In this document: positions 35,680 to 48,007 of the stretch, piece after piece
How positions within the stretch are numbered: position 1 is the first letter of the stretch
Layout: each line of letters begins with the position of its first letter
Origin: Octopus sinensis
Lineage: Eukaryota
Length of the DNA: 64,000 bases
NCBI RefSeq assembly: GCF_006345805.1
Contig: NC_043016.1
Span: 26,722,001-26,786,000, forward strand
Direction: 5' to 3'
Translations under genes and position numbers: made by a program
The notes under the pieces: model-generated
Told to the model about the DNA's origin: nothing
The model's database searches: none
What the model saw: only the letters and a program-made list of their open reading frames with translations

Positions 35680-38600
35680 GAGCGCTCGCATGGCTGGATA
35701 AAACTTTTCGCACGCAGGGTGCCCTGCCCTCCCACCCCCTCCACCGATACAGGAAGCCTTAAATTTTTCTCATCCTTGTTGTCTCCCATGTACACTTCAA
35801 AGTCTTATGCTGCCCCCACCGCAACAGGAAGTCCTAAATTTTCCCATCCTTGTTGTCTCCCATGTACACTTCGCATCCCTGTTGTCTCCCATGTACACTT
35901 CGCATCCCTGTTGTCTCCCATGCCCACTTCAAAGTCTTACGCCACCTGCTCCTCCTTCCATAAAAGGTAGTGGTCATTCATTGCAAGATATGTTTGGTGT
36001 AACGTACGCGGTTTGAACTTGAGTTTTATTGTTTGTCTATGAATACTGCCAAACGCGAGTTTTCTTTTCAGGTTCATGATGCTACTAGGTCTATTGCCTC
36101 CCACTTCCACAGGGTTGGCACCCTCAACGTTGGCACACTGAAAGGCAGATCTGGCGAGATCGTTGAATTGCTTGAACGGAGGTGTGTAGATATATGCTGT
36201 ATTCAAGAGGTGAGGTGGAGAGGAGGTTCTGCTAGGTTCCTCACAGGTAAAGGACAGAGGTACAAGATTTTCTGGGCTGGGAATACTGAAGGGGTCGGGG
36301 GAGTGGGTATGCTTATTGCCGAAAAATGGGTAGATAAGGTAATCGAGGTAGTCAGAGTATGTGACAGAATACTGAAGATTAGATTAGTGCTCCATCATAG
36401 TTTAGCAACTATTATATCGGCCTATGCCCCTCAGCCAGGGTTACCCGATGGACAGAAAGACCGTTTTTATGACACCCTACTGCAGACCACCTCATTGACG
36501 AACGACAGGGACCTTCTCTTTGTGGCTGGTGACTTCAATGGGCATGTTGGACGATATGCTGAGAGCTTCTATGGCGTTCATGGAGGCTATGGTTATGATT
36601 CTCGCAATGAGGAGGGAACCAGGCTGCTGGAGTTCTGTGATGCAAATAGTCTTATGGTTTGCAACACTAACTTCAGGAAACCAACAAGCTGTTTGGGCCA
36701 GCATACTAGCCAAATCGACTACATCCTTGCCAGAAAAAGGGGAAGATGGCTGCTTATAAATGCCAAAACCTTCCCAGGCGAAGAATGTACCCCACAACAT
36801 AGACTGGTAGTCAGTGACTTTAGGATCAGGACTAAGAGGACGACTAGAAGACGACCAACATGGAGAAGAAGGGTCTGGAAGCTTAGAGACCCTGCAAATG
36901 GACAGAGATTTAGAGACATGTTACTTGAAGCCTTTGACGAAATAGAAGGGGGTATAGCTACACATGGGGTAGAAGATAACTGGGTGCTTCTAAGGGACAA
37001 CCTGCTGAAAGCCACTGACCAGATCTGTGGCTGGTGCAAAGTCCCCACAAGACCCAAAATAACGTGGTAGTGGAACAACACTGTTGACAGGGCTATTAGA
37101 CAAAAGAAACAGGCTTGGAAGGACTGGAAGAACGGTGGTAGCAGGGAATTGTATCAGACAGCCAGAAGGGAAGCTAGGAGGCAGGTGTATTTAGCCAGAG
37201 GGGAAGCAGATAAGAAAAAATTTGCCAATGTCCTGCGCCATGAGGATGAAAGACTTGAGGTATTTCGTATAGCAAGACAGTGTGTGAGAGAAAATCGTGA
37301 CGTGGTAGGAGAAAAATGTGTTCGCACGGATGACGGCTCACTTGCGCTAAATGAGGATGCAAAGAGAGAGGTTTGGAGACGCCACTGTGAAAGGTTGCTG
37401 AATGAGGAAAATGAATGGGATAAAGAGAGTCTACCGAATGTTGACCCAACAGAGGGACCAGCAATCTGAGTTGACAGTTCCTTAGTAGTTAAGGCAATTA
37501 CAAGCATGAAGACAGGGAAAGCCCCCAGGCCCATCAGGAATTACTGCAGAGATGCTCAAAATATCTGGTAGTGTCGGCTATAGCCTAGTCACCCGTATAG
37601 TTAACCAGGTGATACACGAAGGAGTCATACCCAATGATTGGTGTAGCAGCATAATAGTCAACTGCTACAAAGGTAAAGGTGACGCCCTAGATACAAATAA
37701 CTACAGGGGTATCAAGCTGCTGGATCAAGTAATGAAGGTTACGGAGAGGGTTATAGCCCAACTAATTAGAGAGAGAGTTAGCTTAGATCAGATGCAGTTT
37801 GGGTTCGTGCCAGGGAAAAGTACTATTGATGCTATTTTCCTGGTAAGACAGCTGCAGGAGAAATACCTAGCCAAAGACAAGCCCCTATACCTGGCTTTTT
37901 TTGATATGGAGAAAGCCTTCGACAGGGGTCCCCGATCCCTTATCTGGTGGTCAATGAGGAAACTAGGGATAGATGAATGGTTAGTGAGAGCTGTACAAGC
38001 CATGTACAGAGACGCTGCTAGTAAGGTGAGGGTTGGCATCGAGTACAGTGAAGAATTCAGGGTAGAGGTTGGGGTCCACCAAGGTTCAGTCCTCAGTCCC
38101 CTCCTATTTATCATAGTCCTCCAGGCAATAACGGAGGAATCAAGACAGGATGCCCCTGGGAGCTCCTCTATGCTGATGACCTTGCTCTAATTGCTGAGTC
38201 TCTATCAGAACTGGAGGAGAAGTTTCAGGTGTGGAAGCAAGGTTTAGAATCGAAGGGCCTTAGAATCAACCTAGCCAAAACCAAAGTCCTGATAAGTAGG
38301 AAGGTAGACCAATCACAAACGCCTTCAGGTAGATGGCCCTGCTCGATCTGTAGAAAAGGCATAGGTAGAAACTCTATAAGATGCACCAAATGTAAGCTAT
38401 GAACACATAAGAGATGTAGTAATGTCAAAGGAAGACTGACTAGGAAAATAGTTTTTATCTGTGGCAGATGCTCAGGAGCAATAAACTCTGAAAATATGCA
38501 GAGACCAACTTCTACCACGTTCCAGGGAGAAAAACTAGAAGTAGTTGATAGCTTCCGCTACCTAGGTGACCAAGTCAGTAGCAGGGGCGGGTGTGCTGAA

Positions 38601-39657
38601 AGTGTAACTGCTAGAGTAAGAATAGCCTGGGCAAAGTTTAGAGAGTTCTTACCCCTGCTGGTGACAAAAGGCCTCTCGCTCAAAGTAAAAGGCAGGCTGT
38701 ATGATGCATGTGTACGTACAGCCATGCTACATGGTAGTGAAACTTGGGCTGTGACTGCTGAGGATTTGTGTAAGCTCGCAAGAAATGAAGCTGGTATGCT
38801 CCATTGGATGTGTAATGTCAGTGTTCATAATCGACAGAGTGTAAGTACCTTGAGAGAAAAGTTGGACCTAAGAAGCATCAGTTGTTGTGTGCAAGAGAGA
38901 CGATTGCGCTGGTATGGTCATGTGGCGAGAATGGATGAAGATAGGTGTGTGAAAAAGTGCCACACCCTAGCAGTTGAGGGAACCAGTGAAAACAGTCAAA
39001 ATCAAAATCAAAATCAAAATCAAAATCAAACCAAATCATATCAGATATCAGAAAGCAGAACCAAAATTGAGGTCGATCAACATCAGTGGAAATTGCAGCT
39101 GTGGTTAAGTGAACCATCCGATCGTGGTCGTTGCCAGTGCCGCCCCGACTGGCCTCCGTGCCGGTGGCACATAAAAGCACCATCCCTTCGTGTCCGCTGC
39201 CAGCCTCGCCTGGCCCCCGTGTCGGTGGCACGTAAAAGCTCCATCCGTTCATGGCCGCTTGCCAGCTCTGTCTGGCACCTGTGCGGGTGGCATGTAAAAG
39301 CACCATCCGCTCGTGTCCATTGCCAGCCTCGCCAGGCCTCCATACCGGTGGCACGTAAAAGCACCATCCGCTCGTGTCCGTTGCCAGCCTCGCCTGGCCC
39401 CTGTGCCGGTGGCACGTAAAAGCACCATCCATTCGTGGTCGTTTGCCAGCTCTGTCTGGCACCTATGCGGGTGGCATGTAAAAAGCACCCACTACACTCA
39501 CGGAGTGGTTGGCGTTAAGAAGAGCATCCAGCCGTAGAAACACTGCTAGATCTGACTGGGCCTGATGAAGCCTTCCGGCTTCACAGACCCCAGTTGAACC
39601 GTCCAACCCATGCTAGCATGGAAAACGGACGCTAAATGATGATGATGATGATGATGA
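35680..39657 (+). mobile_element. Near-full-length RTE-clade LINE (APE endonuclease + RT), inactivated
   Basis: APE: GTLNVGTLKG, DICCIQEVRWRG, ISAYAPQ, GDFNGH, SQIDYIL, QHRLVV. RT: NYRGIKLL, QFGFVPGKSTIDAIF, DMEKAFD, QGSVLSPLLF, YADD, YLGD. Stops at 37068, 37467 and about 38399; frameshifts near 37527 and 38145; ORF end deleted at about 38985; (GAT)n tail. The 5' boundary is approximate. Confidence 0.95.
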
Positions 39658-39668
39658 TTATATATATA

Positions 39669-39713
<45 letters not shown>

Positions 39714-42700
39714 ATATATACATATATGTGTGTGGTGTGACTGAAAAATCCCTTCCCTTTATCACCCTCACTAGCTGAATCAAAATTCACACCAGCAACT
39801 ACCTTACCTACTAGCAATGAAGAAACCCACCTTTCTCCTACCTTAGCTCAAACACCAAATGAAAACAGCAGCCAAATCTCTGACAAATCACACTCTAGCA
39901 CCTTAAAGTTTGTATTGGACAATTCCTAATATGTGAGAATATGTTTGCACCCAAGGCACGTATGATATGCCTGGACAGTAATGTTATATTTGTGATGTAA
40001 GTTGTTAGTGCATGTTATTTCTGCTTGTTTCTCCCTTTTCAGCTACTGTCACCAGGTAACTCTTTTTTGCTGGAGATGAAACGAAAAGTGTGTAGACTCT
40101 TTCTGCTTTATACAGTCTTTCAAACACCAAGATTTTTACAATGCTTCATAATGGTCATATGAGGTAACTGCTTACCCTGTGGTGCCAGGTTTGCAATCAC
40201 AGAGCAGCAAAGAGACTCTTTGAGAAGATATGCCGATCCACTGGTCTGTAGACATGCCTTGGTATCTCTGTCCCTACTATGAACAACTAGCAAGGACAGG
40301 TGGAGTCCTGGCATAAATGACAACCCATCTAGGACGTTTTTCCAAATAGCTTCAAAATTGAATATTATATAACTTGACAATCCTCTTTCTGTGAAGAGAT
40401 CATTGAAATTCAAACCAACAACTCAAATGAATTCGTTTTTGGGAATGCCTGAAGGAGATCAGTAGTATGGAAGAAGAGAAAAAATAAGAAGGTGCTACCA
40501 AAGCCAAGATACAAGCTGTTATTGTTCTTCACACATTATGGTGTCTCTGACATCTCTCTGCAATCAAACTGACTTCAATCATTTTGTACAAATATATTGC
40601 CTGTCTATTTTTAAAATAACACAAAATGAATGGAAAGACTGAAATAAGGGCAACGCAAAATTTTCTAAATGTTAACAACATTCTTCAGAATAATCAAAAA
40701 TGGACTCTTTTAGTTGTTGTTGTTGCTAAGTCTCAGTTCAAGCCTGATTCAGCAGATCTAGTTTTAAAATGTTCTTGCTGAAACCATACCAGCTTTTCTC
40801 TTCAGACACAGGGCTTTGAGAATTACATTTTATCATCTGCTTTACTTCTTTTCTTATGACCTTAAGTTTAATTTGAAATGGATTTAGTTGTTATTATATT
40901 TAGGTCAAGTTTGTTAGCTTAATGTACATCAGTTTGAAGTGAAAAAAAACAAAGTTTTCTGTTGAAAAAATTCTATTGGGAAAATGCAAATCTCCTTGAA
41001 TTCTAAGATATTTTCATTGAATAAATAATATTGATTGCAAAAGTATTCTTTCTTTTTAAAACTTGATATTTAAATTTTAGGTCAAAAGAATTATTCTTAA
41101 ATTATTAAAATAAACTATAAAAAGAAATTTTATAATTATGTTATAAATATTATTAAGTCAATTTAAGGAGTTGGATTAGCCATATTGTAAAACTTTCAAC
41201 AAAACGCCTTCTGGTATTCTTTATGGCCCCTATTTCTTGAATTTTAATTCACTCACCCTCTCCTACTTAAGTTTCTGGCTTTGTTTCTATACTAGAAGTG
41301 ATAATCAAATCGATTTTGAACATAAAACAGATAATTTTATAAATATGTCACGCTGACCTATTTTCCTAAATTGTTCTCTTTTTCATTACTTGTATATGAG
41401 TTAAATAAATAAAAACTCGCATTTTTAAATGAATAGATAAATTAAGATAAACCTTTATTTATTTTTTCTTTTTTATTATGCTTTTTTTTTTTATTAACAA
41501 CTGCTTTTTGATCACATTTAAAAAATTACACAACAGATTCTGACTACAGTGATATAGATATGAAACTGGCTTTTCAGTTCCTTATTGAAAGATAAACACA
41601 CACATGTATATATCAGGCATGCACTATGAGTAAATACTCAGGGTAGGAAATAGGCATTAATATATTAATATCTAGGCTCTGCACTCAGATATTAATATAC
41701 ATAAATTTGTTGTAAAGTTACTGAATTTGTCAAGACTTCCCTACAACTCATCTTCATAACACACATCTCTCCTTCTCTGTTCTAACTACACCCACTATAA
41801 TTATATGAGATTAGCTATAGTGCTCAACCACTATAATTATATGAGATCAGAACTGCACATATTTCGTTCTTCTTTTCTACTACAAGCTATCCTTCTATTT
41901 GGAACCGATTCCTTTGTCACCAACTTCCCATTCTCGACAATCATCCCCTACTATATATATGTATGCGTGTGCATATGTTTGTGTGTCTGTGTTTGTCCCC
42001 CCAACATCGCTTGACAACTGATGCTGGTGTGTTTATGTCCTAGTAACTTAGTGGTTCAGCAAAAGAGACTGACAGAATAAATACTAGGCTTACAAAGAAT
42101 AAGTCCTGGGGTCGATTTGCTCGACTAAAGGTGGTGCTCCAGCATGGCCACAGTCAAATGACTGAAACAAGTAAAAGAGTATCTATTCGCTTATCCCTCG
42201 TTTAACATAGTGCCACCTCTCATCACCTCCCCTTTTCTGACCCCTTCACATCTTTTCCTTCCTCAAACTGATATTATCCACTGACCGCTCCACCCATGTT
42301 CACCATTCACTGCATTTACCTCTATCCTCATCTCTAACCATCTGTCACTCTCCTTTCACACACTTACAAACATAGCCACCTGGCTATCCATGATTCTCTA
42401 TGCCTATCCTCTCTTTATAGGCACCTTCTTTATCCACTTCCTTGTACCTTGAGGGTACGCCTCGACACCTCATGTCTACCTTCTTTCTTTCCTACTGGGA
42501 TAGCAATGTATCCCCTCTACAAAAAGACCTTTTTTCGTGTCCTTCTATCAAACTTTAATCCTAAAGCATTTAAACCAACCATATCCAGTCAAAATATTCC
42601 ACCTGTTTCACATTCAAACTGGCCAGATGTGTCTTCTCACAGCCAATCCAAAAGGTACCTTGATACAAAACTAGTGTTTAGAAGTAGTAATATAACTTTT

Positions 42701-42732
42701 GTATATTTTTCTACCCTGCCAAGCCTGTTTAT

Positions 42733-42788
<56 letters not shown>

Positions 42789-43146
42789 CCTCATCTATCT
42801 ATTTCTCACTCGACTTATTGCCCATCTCTTTGTGACTTATAGCCCACCATCTCCCAGCTCCCCACCACCTGTGCAGACTGCAGCATCTGCTTTGCTTCAC
42901 TCTAACTCCTTCACCCTTCACTAACTTCACATATCAGAGGCTGCATTGGGTCACCCTCACCATCCACTGCCCAATACACTCTATCTTTGTCCTGCTGTAC
43001 TACCGACCAGCATGTTTTCTCTTCTGGATCTCTTGTATTGTCATACAATGGCTTCTCTTGCCTATATCTCATCATCCATCTTTACCTTTGTCCACCTCAA
43101 ATACAGATAAATCCCTCTCATTCTGAATTTTCCCTAAAATATCCCT

Positions 43147-43367
43147 TATTTCTTTATTGCCCACAAAGGCCTAAACATAGGGTGGACAAACAAGGACAGA
43201 CAAAGGGATTAAGTCAATCACATCAACCCCAATGCGTAACTGGTACTTAGGATGAAAGGATGAAAGGCAAAGTCGACCTCGGCGGCATTTGAACTCAGAA
43301 CGTAATGGCAGACGAAATACGGCTACGCATTATGCCCGGCGTGCTAACGTTTCTGCCATCTCGCCGC
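43147..43367 (-). mobile_element. tRNA-derived SINE (family S2), full length
   Basis: Same core as the 18.6-kb copy. TSD taaaatatccct at 43135-43146 and 43369-43380. Confidence 0.9.
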
Positions 43368-44072
43368 CTAAAATATCCCTGCCTTTACCCCCACTCCACT
43401 CCACCATCATACTCTTGAACCCTTCCATTCATTCTGATATCTTGTTCTCTCTCTCTATCTCCTATACCGTTCTAGGTCATCTGGGCAAATACATACACTG
43501 TGAGTTAAGTACTTTCCACAGTTACATTCTTATTCCCTCTCTCAACTACCCACTTCTGGCCTTTCTACTATCATTGTTATTTATCATGTTCCCCTCCTTG
43601 GTCTACACACCTTAGATTAGTGGTACTCCTTATGTGTACTGAGTACAAGACAGGACACTGGTTCCACAACAGAACATACTCCTTCTACAGGTAATTGGGG
43701 AGGAAGGTTACCTCCCTAGTGATGGTACCTCAGAAAATATTCTCAATACATAATGTAAAGTGGTCAGCAAATGATCAGAAAAAATATTGGGTAGTGAGAT
43801 CCATTTAGTCCTGTTTTGTTAAGAGCTATTTAGCCTCTCTGGCCACATGAGAAAGTGTATCCAGTACACAACAGTAAAGTAGTTGGCAAAAGAGATGGTA
43901 TCCGACCAAAGAGAACAAGTCTTTAATTTTTAAGAATGGTAGCTCCCAATAAAAATTTGAGGCAGAGAGAAAGGTAGTGTGAATAAGTGAGTGGGTGGGC
44001 TTGGGTGAGTGAGTGGGTGGGTGAATGAATGAGTAAGTGAATGAGTGAGCGTGTGTGTTTGATGCTATTTAC

Positions 44073-44301
44073 TTAACCCTTTAGTGTTCAGATTACTCTG
44101 TTAAATGTAATACCTTTTCACTCAAATTGTTTTGAATTACTCATGCATTATCTTATAGTTTTGAGGTTTCAATGATGTGAATGTTTATTTTTAGAATGTC
44201 ACTGTAGGTTAGGTGTGAGAGGCTGGATATCGCCAGTTTGAATATAAAACATGTATAATATATTGGGCCGGATGTGGCCGGTTTAAACACTAAAGGGTTA
44301 A
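44073..44301. mobile_element. piggyBac-type MITE
   Basis: TTAA-CCCTTTAGTGTT ... AACACTAAAGGG-TTAA: perfect 12-bp TIR starting CCC, TTAA target duplication, 221-bp body. Confidence 0.8.
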
Positions 44302-44905
44302 ACAAAATATTAGCCATATTAGTTGTTTCAGCTGTTCTGATCCACTCTTAGATGAAAGTTTATCTCCTTTCTTTTTTGACTGTGTGTGGATAATATTTAT
44401 ATTATTTATTTGTGGGTTTTTTGACACTATCTTAGGTTTCGTGAGTTTATAGTTTATAATTTTCACATGTTCCACTTAAAATATAATGGTAATCCAAAAT
44501 GGAAGCAGGTTATCATTTCAAGCAAACTAACCAAGCAGATAACTTCAGATTGTGCATGCAAAAATACAGGATCTAGCCCATTAGATCAGATACTCAACTT
44601 GAGGTTAGCGGTATATCAAGCTGAAGTCACCTCAAACACACAAAACAAAGGAGTTGGTAAGATACATTGATATAAGTGAATGTGAATGAAAAATAGATTT
44701 TATAGACTTAGATATGGCTATATAGTTAAGGCTTCTCAACCATGTAAGGCTTGGGTTCAGTCCCATTGTGTAGCACCTTGGGCAAGTGTCTTCTATTATA
44801 AGCTCTGGGTTGACCAAAGCTTTGTAAGTGGATTTGATGGATAGAAAGTAAAAGAAGCTTGCTCTGTGTGTGTGTGTGTGTGTTGTGTGTGTGTGTGTGT
44901 GTGGT

Positions 44906-44943
<38 letters not shown>

Positions 44944-45139
44944 TGTGTGTTTGCATGAACCCTTGTATAGGCACCACATGTTTGTAAGTTAGCTTCATTA
45001 TTATACAAGTGAGGTTGTTTGTTTCTAGTTATCATGTTAAGCCATAGGGAAAGTGGATATTAAAAGCATGGAAAAGTGGATATTAAATGATAATGATGAT
45101 GAAGAGAAAGAGGAGTCATTCAGATGCACTGACAAAAGA

Positions 45140-45400
45140 AATACTACTATGTTAGCAAGCCACATCTGGAAACTAAGGAACAGTGACATTAGCTACAGTA
45201 TCAAATAGAGGGTCCTTGAAAGTTCACAGCCATACATAAAAAGATAAAAAAGATGCAGTTTATGTATAGCAGAAAGAACACACACCCTTCTTCAGTTAAA
45301 AAAAACCATACAGCCACCAAAATTCCTAAAAGAGATATTTGCCAGATATAGCCACATAAAGACAAATTCATCCTGTCTAACTGGAAAATAACAACTACAC
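45140..45400 (+). mobile_element. Penelope-like element C-terminal (GIY-YIG tail) relic
   Basis: LASHIWKLRNSDISYSIK*RVLE..QPY....RCSLCIAE resembles the PLE motif LS.+IW.LK.....Y.I.W.I....Y....C.LC..EK. Confidence 0.5.
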
Positions 45401-45680
45401 CAAGTAGCAAATATCACAAATTACTGTTCCATCTGAGCCAACTCTACTTACATTACCCCCAGTATTACTTCTAGATCACATGTCAAATCTACTTAGATAT
45501 CTCAACAAAACCCATGACAACACATGTACTGACAAATAATTTAAACAATTCCAATACACACACAAGAAAAAATACAAGCTTAAAAATAAAATTTCCAAGT
45601 AAAGAATTCTTTCAATCTAATATTCACTGACAATCCAAGGGATGCAATTTATGTTTTCTTTTTCTTTTTCTTTTTTTTTC

Positions 45681-45724
<44 letters not shown>

Positions 45725-45923
45725 TGCTTCTCAAAAAATCTTATATGCTACCAACAGCTATTTTGCAGTAGGCAATCTGACAATTTGAAGAGAAAATGGG
45801 TGGATCTCTCTCTGAACCTGAAATTGAAGTTGTCCAAACTCTCAGGATACTGTATAAAAAAATATTCATAACTCTCATATGTATTGAGTGCATTAATTTG
45901 CTGAACCTATCAACAAGCAAATA

Positions 45924-45961
<38 letters not shown>

Positions 45962-46134
45962 CTGTGTGTATATTTATCATCATCATATATCTTTTATTAT
46001 TTACTGGTTTCAGCCCAGGGCTGAGGTCATGCTGGTGCACCACCTGCATATATATGTGTGTATATATATATATATGTGTGTGTGTGTGTGCGTGTGTGTG
46101 TGTGTATGTATGTATGTATGTATGTATATATGTA

Positions 46135-46183
<49 letters not shown>

Positions 46184-46569
46184 GTTTAACGTCCGTTTTC
46201 CGCGCTAGCACGGGCTGGACGGTTCGACCGGGGATCTGGGAAGCCAGAAGGCTGCACCAGGCTCCAGTCTGATCTGGCAGAGTTTCTACAGCTGGATGCC
46301 CTTCCTAACGCCAACCACTCCGCAAGTGTAGTGGGTGCTTTTTACGTGCCACCTGCACAGGTGCCAGGGGGGTTCGGCATCGGCCATGATCGGTTGGAGT
46401 TTTAACTTGCTACCAGCACGGTAGCCAGCCAAGGCGGTGCTGGCAACGGCCACGTTCGGACGGTGCTTTTTATGTGCCACCGGCACAGTAGCCAGTTGGG
46501 GCGGCGCTGGCATCGCGCCACCCCGACTGGCTTCTGTGCCGGTGGCACATAAAAAGCACCATTCGAACG
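46135..46569 (-). mobile_element. RTE 3' UTR fragment with 52-bp foldback at its 5' junction
   Basis: (CAT)n tail at 46135. Arms 46453-46504 and 46518-46569. Embedded in TATG/TA repeats on both sides. Confidence 0.88.
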
Positions 46570-46578
46570 TATGTATGT

Positions 46579-46668
<90 letters not shown>

Positions 46669-46789
46669 ATATGTATATATGTGTATATATATATATATAA
46701 TATATGTATGTATGTATGTATAGATGTCTATATATATATATAGATGTATATTATATATGTGTGTATTATATATATATACTATTTATTTT

Positions 46790-47570
46790 ACTATTTTGAA
46801 GTTTTTCAGCTGCAAAGCTGCAGTCATGCTGGAGCACCACCATTGACTGAGGTACACCATTATTTGATATGTGGCATTTGGTCAATGACGGAGTTTGATG
46901 CTGCTGCCCTCATCTGTGTTTCCTGCCATGAGGTAGGCTCATCTGAAACCCGTAACAGGAAGAGATCCAATTTTGTTTTAAAGACATTTACATCCACACC
47001 ATGCAGGTCTCTCCGGCATTTTGGAAAGTTATTAAAGTGCTGTGGGCCCTTGAAGCCCAAGCAGTTGCAGTATCTGGTCCTATATTTTAATGGTGATCTT
47101 TGGACTATGCAGTGGCACCCTGTTCTGCAGTTTGAGTAACTTTCAATACCAAAGTTTGGTACAAGGCCTTCTAGGATTTTCCAGATGTATATCACTGCAT
47201 ATTTTTCCCGCCTTCGTTCCAGGGAGAAGAGTTTTAATTCTCTAAGTCTTTCCCAACAGCTGACATGTTGCATTAAGACGATTTTTTCAGTGTAGCTTCA
47301 TTGGATTGCTTCAAGTTCCACCGTGGATTTTTTATTGAGTAGTGATCATAGTTGGGAGCAATAGTCTAAGCGACTGAGAATGTATGTCCTCCAGAGGATC
47401 ATCACTGTCTCCTTTTCTCTTGTTTTGAAAGTTTGGAGGATCCAGCAAGCCAGCCGTCTGCATTTTACTACTAAATTGGTAATATGCACTTGGAAAGATG
47501 CATCATTGCTCATGTCAATGCCCAGGTCATGCACTGATTTTGATTCAGGGATTTCAATTCCTCCTGGTCA
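46790..47570 (-). mobile_element. CR1-clade LINE 3' end
   Basis: DLGIDMSNDASF..HI, LSRLDYCSQL, ERLRELKLFSLERRRE.Y..IYIWKILEG, FKTKLDLFL..V.DEP, RAAASNS form a typical CR1 RT C-terminus. Short 3' UTR. Confidence 0.85.
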
Positions 47571-47620
47571 GTGTATCCTGTCTGTATGTCGTTTATGTAT
47601 GTGTGTATATATATATATAT

Positions 47621-48007
47621 ATCATCATCATCATCATCATCGCCTAACGTCCGTTCTCCATGCTAGCATGGGTTGGACGGTTCGAACCGGGGATCTGGAA
47701 GCCAGAAGGCTGCACCAGGCTCCAGTCTTATCTGGCAATGTTTCTACAGCTGGATGCCTTCCTAACGCCAACCACTCCGTGAGTGTAGTGGGTGCTTTTT
47801 ACGTGCCACCTGCACAGGTGCCAGGCGAGGCTGGCAATGGCCACGGTCGGATTGGTGTATTTTATGTGCCACCCGCACGGAAGCCAGTCGAGGCGGTGCT
47901 GGCATCGGCCACGAGTCGGATAGTGCTTTTTACGTACCACCAGACCAGGGATCCTGGCTGGTTCAATTCGATTTCGATTTCGCTTGCCCCAACATGTCTT
48001 CGCAAGC
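47621..48007 (-). mobile_element. RTE 3' UTR fragment inserted into the CR1 relic
   Basis: Near-identical to the 34.9-kb copy. The tail abuts (TA)n. Confidence 0.88.

Noticed and set aside
35670-35780. HDV-like ribozyme at the RTE 5' end
   Set aside because: I could not assign P1/P2/P3 pairings by eye.
38496-39419. 307-aa ORF as a novel RT fusion protein
   Set aside because: A deletion at about 38985 removes the RTE stop and reads into the GC-rich UTR. The upstream ORF is broken by stops and frameshifts.
39115-39490. CRISPR-like repeat-spacer appearance of the hairpin arrays
   Set aside because: The inter-repeat parts are homologous to each other, the arrays sit in LINE 3' UTRs of a eukaryote, and there are no cas genes.
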